A DNA stretch of 63,808 bases, the filler included, from Reticulomyxa filosa (lineage: Eukaryota > Protista > Foraminifera), in assembly GCA_000512085.1 (NCBI GenBank). It is 18 parts of 18 records of this genome, joined end to end, with 100 filler letters (N's around TTAATTAATTAA, not from the genome) between each part and the next. Parts side by side here need not be neighbours in the genome. Positions count along the whole stretch, not along the records: positions 24,760 to 31,422 come from ASPP01020414.1; positions 31,523 to 33,314 come from ASPP01027078.1; positions 33,415 to 38,539 come from ASPP01007841.1; positions 38,640 to 39,819 come from ASPP01033345.1; 14 more parts are not named here. One strand, written 5' to 3'. Below are positions 27,732 through 39,560 of the stretch, piece after piece. The notes under the pieces were generated by a model that did no database searches, was not told the origin of the DNA, and was given only the letters and a program-made list of their open reading frames with translations. Each line of letters starts with the position of its first letter. The stretch's first letter is position 1. A program made the position numbers and the translations under genes.

Positions 27732-30700
27732 TGTCATTGTCATCATCGTTATCATCACCGTCATCGTAATCTTCATTGTCGTCGCTACGATCGTGACGAT
27801 CTTCGTCGGATGCGTGCTCTTGCTTGTGATCGGCGTCGTCGATGAAGAGCGACTTTGGCAAGGCATATCTCTCCACGATTTCAGGGGGGATAAGCAGGTC
27901 TCGAAACAAAGATGTCTCCACTACGTTTTTGATCATGCACAGCGTTTCCAAATATTTCTGCAGCTGCTCCCGCCGTTTCGCAACAAACTCGGCCGACATG
28001 GTATCTCCAAACATATCTTTTTTCGGAAACACGAGCAGCGACACCTGTCTGCTGTCTTTCAATTGCTTATGATTCCGTAAAGCCTGATGGAAGTCGCGCA
28101 GCTTGCTATACCTGGTTGTCATTGTCCACTCCAAGAATTTGGTGGAAGGTTCTTGACGAAGCGTAGGAGTGTTGATGCCAAGATTGGTGTCTGAAATGCG
28201 CAAGTGGTACGCATAAAACGGCCGCGGATCCGCATTAAGGAATGCATTTATGATGGTGATCTTGCAATCATGTGTGAACTGATGATGTGCCAACTCCTCC
28301 AAAGTCCCGCGAATTACCTGAATGTTTTCTTTGCTATGATGAAACTTTTCTTTCTTTTTCGTTCGAAATGGTAGCAATCGTAACTTTTGAGGAACGGTTT
28401 TCAACAAGTTACCAGTTCCTCCGTCAATACTGTTGCTGTTACCACTTCCCAACAGTGGTGTGGCATTTGCTGTTGCACTTGTGCCCATAGTCGGTGTCGT
28501 ACTCGTAGTCGTCAGCATTGCTGCAGCAGACGACGATGCTCCTGAGGCTGGGGTCGCCGCCAATGCCACTTTGGCATCGCTTCTTTGCTCACTCAACTCC
28601 TCCTCTGACAACGACGGCTTTCGATTTCCAATGATCCGTCCAAGGATGCTCGATGGCTTTTTTCGCAGTTTGCTTGGGTTCACAATTTGCGTGTTTGAAC
28701 GACCTTTTTCCACAATTTTCGTTTTCATTTTTATGTTTGTGTTTTCTCGTTCATTGCTGGCGTCCTTTTTCTTCAGTGTATTGCTCTTGTCTCCCTTTGT
28801 GGTGACTGGACGTTTGTTGTCGTGTTTGTTCTTTGGTGTCTTCTTGCTCTTGCTCTTGCTCTTATTCTTGTCCTTGCTCTTCTTACCCTTCTTCTTGTCC
28901 TTACTCTTCTTATTCTTATTCTTATTTTTATTTTTATTCTTATTCTTATTCTTCTGCTTCTTCTTCTTACCTTTTCGGAAATATCGACTTTGTTGAGGCT
29001 CGAAGCATAAATGCACCAATGGCATGTCCATCGGAATGAACATGTCCATGTCACTTTGCGACAACACGCCCAGTTGCAAATACAATGTGCCTTCTCGACT
29101 CGATTCGTCGCTCCATACGTACAACCAGTCGTAGTTGTTGTACTCTTCCATATCCAATGCTTTGATTGGGGATACGTATCCACTTCTAATTCATTTCATT
29201 TTTTTTTTTAAATATATGTATATTTGATGTTCATTTTGTTAAATAAAAGAATTAATAAAAAAAAAAAAAAATAAGAAATAACTTGTATATGTAACGACCA
29301 CACAATTTGAAGAAACGCTTCCCAATCCATTTCAATTGGAAATCGATTTGAATAGGAATGTGAAGAATCTGGTTCATCGCCATATAGGACTCCAATGCGA
29401 TTCTCGGAGTCGTGTGGTTGATGCCGAACCATGATTCCTCTTCCTCGTACTTGTTTTCTTCATTGGCTTCAATCTCCGTTGTTGCAGCTGGCGTTGTTGC
29501 TGTTGTTGTTGTTGTTGTTGTTGTTGGTTGTTGTTGTGGGCGCTGCTGCTGCTGTTGTTGCTGTTGTGTTTGTATTTGCGCTTGGGTTTGTATTTGCCGT
29601 GGCAGTAGCAGTCATGGTGGTTGAGGCACTATGTGTTTTACGACTCCACTTTTCCCAGAGTTTTTTGGGGTTAATCTTCGCAATGTTGCTGCGATGGGTC
29701 GTGGTGCTTACTTGCGCATCCTCTTGGTCCTCTTGGTCCTCTTCCTTCAGCTGGTCGGGCACTCGCTTCGTTTGATGGAAGTCAAACTGTTGCGTAAACG
29801 TCCCGTAGCGCAACTTCAACGAGGGGATTATCTTCGTAAAGTTAACACCGCTGTAGTGAATAAGTATCTGTTCATCCACACTCTTTCTTCTTTTTCTGCC
29901 ATCTCTTTTTTTTATGTTTTTGCTTTTGCTTTTGTTTTTGTCTTTTTTCTGTTCGTCATGATGCTGATTATTATTATTATTATTATTATTAGTATGTGAC
30001 ATTGGGATCATATTGTAATGACTTTGACGCACAAACATCCATCTCAAAAAAATGCGCAATTGCTGCTTGTCATGCACATGAAGGAAGAATTTGAGCCATT
30101 TGTAGAACTTGATGACTTCTTTGTCAAAGACATCGGCCTTCATTGGCGAGGTCGCTGGCAAAGAGTGGGGCGAAGTGCGAGATACCAACTCTTTTTCCTC
30201 ATGGGCGGGTCCCTCCTCTTTTTCGTCATTGCCGACCTTGGAGGTCTGAGCAGGAGACAATGGATTGGAGGCCGAAGCCAAAGAGGTCGCAGCCATATTA
30301 TTGTTATTGTTATTGTTATTGTTATTGCTATTGTCATCAAAGGCCATTGGAGGAACCGCACTTGCAGCTTCTTTTTTTTCCCTTTTTCTTGCGATTGCAT
30401 CAACTTTGCTGCATTTTTGGCCGACTCTTCATTGTTCGTTGTCGCTAATGCTTTTGTGATCAAAGGTTTCAATGCACCGATAATGCCGCAGTTGATGTAA
30501 TAAGGCTCCAAAAAGCCCACGTTTGGGTTGACCACACAGTTGCACAAAATGTCGCGACACAAGAAGCGCAGCATGTGACATTGGTAGTTTCGATCTTCCA
30601 ATATCTCTTCCAACAGACCATCGCTCCATTCGCGAAGAAATGCAATTTGATTTTTTTCGGATTTGCATGCGTCATGAAATTGATAACTTTCATCTAATTG

Positions 30701-31400
30701 TTTGGCTATTTCTGTATCTCTGCCAATTCATTCATTCATTGATGTTATAATTACCACATACACATACACATACATACATAAAATAACAAATTGTATGTAA
30801 TAAAAATTGAACATTTTTTTCAGAAATTTCGAATCCACAAATTGTTAGATACACACACATACAAAAAAAAAAAAAAAAAACTGTGCAATTGGGTCCATAG
30901 TCGAAAAAGCGGGATTGGTTTCAATCAAATGATCCAAAACTTGCTTATATTTTTAAAAGGAAGTCTTCAAAGGGCAACAGCAAACGATGCATCAAATAAT
31001 GGTTCCAATTGACATGACACACTCGCTTGATCAAAATATGAAAGACGCCATCCAAAGCGAGCTTGACTCGAGCGAGGAACTCTTCTTCCACACTTGTCAC
31101 AAAGGGCTTGTACCAATACTCCAAAAAGTCTCGCACAATCCAGTCTCGCATCACTTGCAGGATTTTGAAGCTCTTTGGGTTCTGTTTTCTCAACATTTTG
31201 CTTTCAGTCGAACTCGGCTTCAAGTACTTGTCACGGTCGTACTTGCCTGCATTTTTCGTGCTCATGTTCACGATCCCATTTGCATTCACATCCGTCAGTC
31301 GTTCGACTTCGTTGCTATCTAATCCATTGTCGTTTCCTTTGTCTTCTATTTTGGCTAGTTTGTCACCAATTATTTTGCTTTCCACGGCATTGCTGATCTT
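24874..31400 (-). CDS. Sorting nexin of the PXA-PX-Nexin_C class (SNX13/14/19/25/Mdm1-like); 5'-partial, multi-exon
   Basis: PXA: IVRDFLEYWY..EFL..(31160-30950) and LRFLCRDILCNCVVNP..EPYYIN (~30570-30490). PX: TRYSKLRDFHQAL..FPKKD..FVAKRREQLQKYL (28120-27900). Nexin_C: EIFLNLKQRSW..VWPNG..LKHVMF (26380-25940). Long low-complexity inserts and several frame breaks. Confidence 0.88.
26897..26978. repeat. (AAT)n microsatellite encoding poly-Asn; similar tracts at 14740-14787, 61543-61620 and 62236-62318
   Basis: Direct TTA/AAT tandem runs. Confidence 0.95.
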
Positions 31401-31522
31401 GGCTTTTTTTTTTTTTTTTTTTNNNNNNNNNNNNNNNNNNNNNNNNNNNNNNNNNNNNNNNNNNNNTTAATTAATTAANNNNNNNNNNNNNNNNNNNNNN
31501 NNNNNNNNNNNNNNNNNNNNNN

Positions 31523-31974
31523 AAACGTCTGCTACTTGCTGACAATTCATATCAACAACGTATTCGCGGCACTAACAAGGGAGACGACGATGAGTGGGTT
31601 AGCATGAAAGAGCAATCCATTCAAAAATTGACAGATTATGTATTTCAACAAATTAATAATTCATTCCCTGATTTATTAACAAAACATGTAAACGAAGCAT
31701 TAGAAATCTGGAGCCGCAAAAATCCTAGAGGAAACCGATATTGTGGATCACACATATTTCTAATTTTAATAATTGCTTTATGTACTGGCTTCACTTGGTT
31801 CTCACTGGTAAGAAAAACAACAAAACAATATTTTCCTTGGAAGGCAAAAAAAATTTCCAAATGTGATTCCTTTTTTCTAACATCTGTTTGTTTTTGTTTC
31901 TCTTTTTTTGTATTCCTTGTTATAGGCAAAAGTGGATGTTAACACAAGAATAAGAGTGATGGAAGGGCGTGATT
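31523..31974 (+). CDS. 3' end of a gene encoding a protein with a C-terminal TM helix
   Basis: Open frame from the contig start (KRLLLADNSYQQ..HIFLILIIALCTGFTWFSL), a GTAAGA..ATAG intron (~31808-31925) and a short last exon. Confidence 0.55.
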
Positions 31975-32498
31975 GATTATCCAGCAATTACACTTTCTTT
32001 TCAAATTGGATCATTGTTATTTTGTTGTTGTTGGACAGTATTTTGTTTCAAAACAGTGATACCATTTTGCATAAGCTTCTTTTTTTTTGTCTACGATGGT
32101 TGCGCAAACACATTCAATTTAATTTTTTCTTTTTGAATTTCATGCACTTTAACTTAATCAGGCAAACTTCAATTGGTACAACATTTAAAAATTTGGATTT
32201 TCTCGAGTAAATGAGTAAAATTAAAAAAAATAATTGTTATGTAAGTAGATGTAATATATCGAAGATTGAAAAAATGTACACAATTAAAGTATTGATAAAG
32301 ACATTTTAATTAAGTAGATCATTGGCAGTAAAACTATGAAATATTGATGGAAATAATCCATTGAAGTGAACATTTTAAAAAAGGAATTCAATTAAGCAAA
32401 TATTGAATCCAAGAGCATCTTTCGTTACACTAAAGGAAACAATTGCTGAAGTATTAATAACTAAAAAAAAATGAAACTTATTTCCCAAACTAGTGATG

Positions 32499-33314
32499 TC
32501 AGTCTTTCCCATCTTTATTCCAATAAGCTTTCATTTCTCCTCGAATGACATGTTCGGGAACCATATATTTAAGAACTTCAGAATCTCTTCCTTGATTGCT
32601 CATTAAACGTTCAACCAATTTACTGAATCTTGAATGATATAATAATACCTGACTTAACATTCGCTTTAAGACGTCTTTAGAAATCTTGAACAATTCTTCA
32701 TTTCCAACTTCTTGTGCCAGCGAAGCAGCAATATTGGGAGTGAAATTTTCTTGAACATTTCTCACAGCATTATTTAGTGCTCGTTGCCAAGTTTCATTAA
32801 AGTTTTTAACAATAGAAAGGATTTGAGACATGTCGACTTTGGTTTTTGGTTCACTGTGCAGCTTAGTTTCTGTTGTGGACATAAATCCTATCCATCGAGT
32901 AAAGTGTTCTTTTAGTTCCATTTCAATATACTCATCTTCCATGCGTGCTAAATTGTCCGAAAATTCTTTACACATTTTGCTTTTGTCCAAAGCTTGTGTA
33001 TTCATGGCACTAACAACAACAGAATAATTAGTAATCAAAAATACAATACGACTTTTTTCTTCTTCGATTTTATCCGCAAAGCGTGATAACAATCTTTCAA
33101 AGGCGCTACGTAATTGGCGAATGCATTCATTGAGAATGGCATGTTGTTTTTCTTCATTCAAAACCAAAATACCACTCACATACGTGGCAAATCGGACTGT
33201 CACAAAATGAGGAGGACTGCTGCCTTTGGAGACACTCTGTTTGCGTGGTGGCTCAAGTATTTCTATCGATTGAACGTTTTCTTCAAACACAATTTTAAAA
33301 CGAGCCCAAAGATT
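32499..33314 (-). CDS. VPS52: GARP complex subunit Vps52, C-terminal part
   Basis: PHFVTVRFATYVSGILVLN, VFLITNYSVV, F..TWQRAL..V..NF and LSQVLLYHSRF match Vps52 C-terminal motifs. Confidence 0.85.
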   Translation of the reverse strand, partial: NLWARFKIVFEENVQSIEILEPPRKQSVSKGSSPPHFVTVRFATYVSGILVLNEEKQHAILNECIRQLRSAFERLLSRFADKIEEEKSRIVFLITNYSVVVSAMNTQALDKSKMCKEFSDNLARMEDEYIEMELKEHFTRWIGFMSTTETKLHSEPKTKVDMSQILSIVKNFNETWQRALNNAVRNVQENFTPNIAASLAQEVGNEELFKISKDVLKRMLSQVLLYHSRFSKLVERLMSNQGRDSEVLKYMVPEHVIRGEMKAYWNKDGKD

Positions 33315-33414
33315 NNNNNNNNNNNNNNNNNNNNNNNNNNNNNNNNNNNNNNNNNNNNTTAATTAATTAANNNNNNNNNNNNNNNNNNNNNNNNNNNNNN
33401 NNNNNNNNNNNNNN

Positions 33415-33449
<35 letters not shown>

Positions 33450-33561
33450 GTTTTTTTAAAATTGTATTCGTTTCTATAAAATGCGCAGTGTTATAAAAAA
33501 AAATATTTGTAATGTCATCATAGAGAAGTATATGAACATGAAAAAGTGCGCATGTTACACA

Positions 33562-35612
33562 TTAAACTGTTCCAATGATAGGATGTCGAGTTGGTTTCCT
33601 TGTTGTTGGGTTTTTGGTCGGAATAGAGGTCGGCGACTGTGTTGGTAATCTTGTGGGTGATCCCGTTGGCTGTTTGGTAGGCGCTTTCGTTGGGGGTAAT
33701 GACGTCGGACGTTTCGTTGGTTGCTTAGTGGGTTGTTTTGTTGGTGGCTTCGTGGGATGTATGGTTGGTGCAGGAGTAGGTGACGCAGAAGGCTTTAATG
33801 TCGTAACTTGAGAGGTTGCACCTTATATGTTTTATTTGATCATTTATTTGTGTTGTTGTTGTTGTTGTTTTTTTTTGTTTTTTTTTTAAGTTAGAAAAAG
33901 GAAGAAATCAAGAGAAAAGGAGGGATCCACAAAAAAAAACAAAACTCTTGCATTCCACGTAAAACGGACGATAACTATCGGCAGAGATAGCCCCAACATC
34001 ACACCAGTGTTTCTGGCCAGTGCCACTCTTAGCGCACCAGTCCAAGTTTGTACAATTTCTTAAGTTGTGTGCTGTGCCAGAACAAGTGACTTTCACATTG
34101 CTAGAATAGAGGAAGGCCACAGGTGGATAAAACACTGGAGGACTGCATTGCTGAGTAACGCCAGTGTCATAACATCTCTTCGAAGAATTCGACGCACGTT
34201 GTACTTGCAAGCCTTGGCCAATGACGCCATTGCACGCAGTTATGCCAACATTTTGCATTTTGTTCGTTGTATTGTCGTTCGTATATCCGACTGACATTAC
34301 ACTTCCCCACGTTGTGAAGAAACCTACAGTTTTGTTATATGACAAACTCGTGTTCACAAGCCAATGTTCAATGAACCCACGATCAATGTCTGTGAATCGA
34401 TTTTTGCCTATTCCAAATAATAATAACAACAATTGAAATACAAATGCAAGGGTCACAACAACAACAACAACAACACAAATTTTTTTTTTTTTTTTTTTTT
34501 TGAAAGATAAGAAAATTGAATATCAAACCGGCTGGATAAGGATCAACATCTCTTCTCAAGAACAAGGGATTAATGATGAAATATGGATAAGTAGAATTGG
34601 CAGGCGATGCTGTATCTTGTGAAAACGAACTGGAATCAGACAAGTCCGCATACCAATATTGCCAGTTTTGAAGTGAGGAAGTGCTGTTACCGAATGTAAG
34701 GGTGAAATACTTACCTGGTTTTTTGCTGAAGACTGCCATGATCGACTACTGAAGCCGGAGTAATCTCCAAGCCCAACTCGAATCAGTCCAAAAGGCTTGG
34801 TCGCATTGATCAGGACATATTGGTCATATGGCTTCCAGCATTTGTCCGGAATGGTGGCAGTACTTGCTGCAGGTTTCCAGGAATTATGAAGCTGGTTGTT
34901 CAGCACAGTGCTTCCACCTGTTGGGTTTGTATCGATCACTGCATTGTTCACACATTGCAGTCTAGTGCCTTGTGCTGCAGATTCTGCGCATACCGACCAC
35001 ATCTTGTAACACTCGATATACACTTGAAAATTACGATTTGCTAACTTTAAAAAGGTACCACCTTTTTTTTTTTTTTTTTTCACCCAATCAAAAATGTGGT
35101 TCTATTTTTTGTAAAACGAAAAAATATATTAATGTGTGTAATATATACACATATTATACATTACGTAGTTACAATGTCTAACTGAAAGTATGGTAAATAT
35201 CAAAAGTAATTGTTCCCGTAACACGATTCAACGCTTTATTCGTATACGCATGAAATACTGATGTTTGATTGAACGGAAAAGATACGAGCAATGATCCCTG
35301 ACTTTCATCTCCATTGATTGCCATTGTCAATTGGATTGCATGTTGCGGACGCCATGTCACTGTTGTCAGGCTGTCGGTTTTGAAGGTCCAGCAATAAGCG
35401 CTATCACTCGAAAAACTTATTGACGATGAACTATATGTCTTTCTTGACGTGTTTAATTGCGTGGTTTTGTCGTTGTCTCGCCACATCGCTACGTATACGC
35501 TGGATTTCCCTTTGTTTTGAAGGTTAGTCACTGTTTTCACTTTCACACATGATTGCACCAATAGGGTCGACTGCAGACCCATGCATATTAACGGCCACCA
35601 TAATAATGCCAC
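33562..35612 (-). CDS. Secreted multi-exon protein with an SRCR-like Cys domain and C-terminal PT (TxxP) repeats
   Basis: Hydrophobic N-terminus, start uncertain. Exons approx. 35610-35180, 35050-34550, 34410-33946 and 33821-33562. Last exon reads ATSQVTTLKPSASPTPAPTIHPTKPPTKQPTKQPT..*. Confidence 0.75.
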
Positions 35613-36231
35613 TTTCGTTGTTTATTTTTTATTTGTATCGTTTGTATGTTGTATGTTTTCTTTTTTTTTTGCTTGCTGTTGCACCCCTTGTTTTATTTGG
35701 CTGTTTTTTAAGACAAGGTGTTTGTTGTCTCTTCAATTCTCAAACCGAGTAAAAAAATGGAAACATTTCTCCGAAAGACGCCCATTTCTTTCAATCAATA
35801 TGAATATTGGATATCTATGAATGTCTATCTGCGGCAATTGTTGGAGACTTTTTTTTACAAAAACAAATCCTAGCTTTGTTTTGATACGTGCATAGTAGCA
35901 AATAACTGAATACAGAGTGTAAACCGTTGATGAATTATCTTTTTATTTATTATGTAAGACGAGATATAAGTTTTTCTAGCGAACGAGGGTTCATTGTCTT
36001 TACACTTTGATGATATGACAACAAAAAAAGTTGAAATAACAATATACGCACAAATTTAAAAAAATCGTGAAAGAACCAAATGTTGAAATTAAATTGAAAA
36101 ATCAACAACCAAAAAATTAATTTTTTTTATTTTGCGTCGTTAAGCGCAATTACTCTTCATAAAACTGCTCATGATTACTTACAAATAAGGTGTTTCTAGC
36201 AGATAGTATACGTGTTCTATATCATGATGGG

Positions 36232-36657
36232 CTATTCTTCGTTCTCTTTGCTTTCTTCTTCGTTTTTATTTTCGTTCTTGTTTTGTTGAATGCCATTGAG
36301 GCCTGGGACTTCATTTTCGCTTCCGGCATCATCTTCACCACTCCCTGGACCTTTGATTTCTCCATCTCCTTCTACTTCTCCAAATATTTCGTGATTATTA
36401 CGAACTTCATTAAATTTTTGGCGACATTCCTCTAACTTTCGGTTGAAAAGACTACCACCAAATATTTTTATACTTTTGTGATCAGAATTGTCTGGATAGA
36501 ACATTACCTCGCAGTAACCTCCCCAAACCATTCCCTCGTCAAATATAAGCCAACCACTTTCATTTGCCCAATTAATACGGCAAGAATCGTGCACTTGACA
36601 CATTATTCCCTCTCTACCAAATAGAAAATTCCAGCCTGGAAATTGAGCTGTAGCCAT
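36232..36657 (-). CDS. Small single-exon hypothetical protein with acidic tail
   Basis: 141-aa ATG-initiated ORF, more GC-rich than its flanks, with a Trp/Gly-rich globular N-half. Confidence 0.55.
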   Translation of the reverse strand: MATAQFPGWNFLFGREGIMCQVHDSCRINWANESGWLIFDEGMVWGGYCEVMFYPDNSDHKSIKIFGGSLFNRKLEECRQKFNEVRNNHEIFGEVEGDGEIKGPGSGEDDAGSENEVPGLNGIQQNKNENKNEEESKENEE

Positions 36658-38639
36658 CTTACTGTGCTTTTTTTAACAACCCACTTTGTTAAAATGAAGA
36701 ATCACTATTTCATTTGAATCCAAAACAAAAAAAAAAGCAGTCAACTGGTCTTGTTAACACACAAAAAACAAGTGATGTCTACAATCAAAGTTTTTCAGAA
36801 CACACATCCTCGAACTTGTTTCAATTTTATAAACTTTTTGAAAGACTTGGGTAACTCAGCAATTGACAACTGCTAGTTTTTATTTGCCCTTCTTAAAAAA
36901 GGTGTCGTTTGACGGAACGGGTGAACAAAGTCTGAAAAAAAAATAATATGACTTGATAACCTTTTTCCAGTCAAACTCAAACGAACAGTTGTTTTTCAAC
37001 GAATAATAAAGTATTATTAATATTGAACTTTTGAAAATCAAGAGAAAAGTAATAAAATATTGGAAAACTTGTGATGGAAGAAATTTGTTCGTTCTAAAAA
37101 AAAAAGAGACGTTCACTGGAGAAAAATGCTTGAATTGATGTCGCTAAGCTGAAAGACAGAAAGAACGAACCAAGTGACCAGCATAACAAAAGAAAGAGGA
37201 CAATATTGAAATATATGACGTATAAGGAAAAAGAGATAAAAAACGCCTTATTTGAACGAGTTCACTGTCAACGGAAATCACAATCGAACGACAAACTATT
37301 GATGAAAAGGATATATTCGAGAATGCAAGCTCAACTGAGAAAAAAAGATAGACTCAAGTAAAGTGGCAATTTGATTGGGGTATAAAATAGAAATAACAAA
37401 AAACTTTTAAATCAATTAAAACATGCAACTATCGTATCGACTAAGTAACGAGGTGTCAATCAATGAACATAATGACACTAGCGTTCAATGATTAAATCAA
37501 AAAGAATCGATTGCGAACAAAATTACAAATTAATTCATTCCAAAATGCGAAAATAGAAAAAGATTGGCAAAAAAAAAAATTTAAAACAATTTGAATAAAT
37601 AACTAAACTATTTCAAACAGAATTAACTTGGCTTATTATTTCAAACAAAAATCAACATTACGATTAATCTGAGAATTAAAAAGTGAGTGATAAAAAAAAG
37701 TGACTACGTAAATCATTGAACGAACGTCAAGTGGTTATTACAACAAACGTGCATTGCATATATATTAGAATAGCTATACGAACATGGACTTTTTTCTTTT
37801 CAATCACGTGTAAATCACAAAGATGAAAAAGAAAATTAACAGCAACTACAAAATAATTTTAAACATAAATGAATCAAAAATACAGAATTGTGAACACAGA
37901 TTTGCATTGCACAATGAAATGAAAAAGATATATGAAAGAATATGTGTGACAATAAGTGATAAGTTAGAAGTGAAGTTTTGAATGACTTATAAATAGTATC
38001 ACTTTTAAGATCAACTAATCAAACAAAAATTTCATAGAAAAGAGAAAGTGGAACAATGAATACTAAGTCCCAGCCAAAGCAACAACAAAGTTTAAACGGA
38101 GATCATTCCTTTTTTTTATTTGAAATATAAGTCTTTTTTTACATTCATCAATTCGTTTTGCATATTAGAAAAAAAAATGATATCACCACACCTGATGCAA
38201 AAGAAAATTTTTTTAAAAAAAAACAGTTTGTCAAAAAAAAAATATATATAAGCTATTTCAAAAAGTTCAGTTTGCTTTGGTGTGTGACGATTTTGAAACT
38301 AGAATACTGTCATTAGAAGCTTAAATGCAGTTGAATTGAGTGGAAGTATCACAACAAGCACAGAACTGGCTTTACATACAGTATGTTGCAAAGAAAACTG
38401 AACGCCTAAAACATATCTTATGATGATAATTGATTTTCTCAATGAAAAATCAACATTTATACCTAATTTTTTTTTAAAAAATATCTACAAGTCATGTAGT
38501 TTTTAAATATGATATTGATTTTTTAATAACTTTTTTTTTNNNNNNNNNNNNNNNNNNNNNNNNNNNNNNNNNNNNNNNNNNNNTTAATTAATTAANNNNN
38601 NNNNNNNNNNNNNNNNNNNNNNNNNNNNNNNNNNNNNNN

Positions 38640-39560
38640 TTGAGAAGGAAATTGCAATTAGAAAAGCATCAATATATGGTAAATAGCATAAATTCGCTGC
38701 AAGAAGGGAACACAAGTAATTTATTTACACCATTGAACACCAATACAATATGCATTATCCCAGCATTGATGAACAAGGACAAGTCATTCGATTGCAATTC
38801 ATTGACTTATGCAGTGTTATTGGATATATCTGCAGCGTATGATAGTGTTTGGAGATATAAAATGAGTTTAAATTAGATGGAAGATTATATTGGTGGATTG
38901 AGAGTTTCTTGTCAGATCGACTTGGAAGAGTTGTGTTGAATGGAACAAATTCAGATTGGATGGAATTCAATACTGGAGTTCCCCAAGGATCTGCTTTATC
39001 CCTAATATTGTTTTTATTGTATATTAATGATTTACCAACAGTTATTCATCAACCTATTCAATGTGAAATGTTTGCTGATGACGTGGCACTTTGGACATCA
39101 ATATTTAGTGATAGCAAAGTCTGGATGAGGTATTCATTTGGTCGAATAAATGGAAAATGTTAACTGCAGCTGATAAGACGCAGTGCATCACATTCAGACA
39201 TCAAAATAAGATGAAATTCCCAAAGATGCAATTGACATTGCAGCACTCAAACCTGAAAGAATGCGATCATGTAAAGTATCTTGGATTGTTTCTTGATTCT
39301 CAAATGACTTATTCCAAGCATGTTAATACATCTATGGCAAATCAGCAAGGAAACTTGGATATTTGACATACTTATGTTCATACAAAGGTATCAGACCAAG
39401 TTTATCCATATATAGTCTATTATACAAGACCATCATTCGTCCGAGCTCGAGTATGCATCAGCATTTTGGAATGGTGCAGCGGACACACATAAAAGACAAT
39501 TTGAAAGGATACAAAGAATTTCAATGTGTAGAATTCTTGGTGTAATGAATCAACTGCTTA
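38640..39560 (+). mobile_element. Decayed non-LTR retrotransposon (LINE) reverse transcriptase
   Basis: LLDISAAYDSVW, GVPQGSALSLILFLLYINDL, FADD, VKYLGLFLDSQMT and LYKTIIRPS spread over four frames with deletions and frameshifts. Confidence 0.92.

Noticed and set aside
27331-28996. Plus-strand hydrophobic ORFs (poly-I/V/L/F) resembling membrane proteins; also 33575-33811 and 14359-15046
   Set aside because: They are antisense translations of poly-D, poly-N, poly-K and PT repeats in minus-strand genes.
36700-38539. Long A-rich region checked for tRNA, ncRNA or genes
   Set aside because: No convincing ORF, cloverleaf or repeat structure seen by eye.
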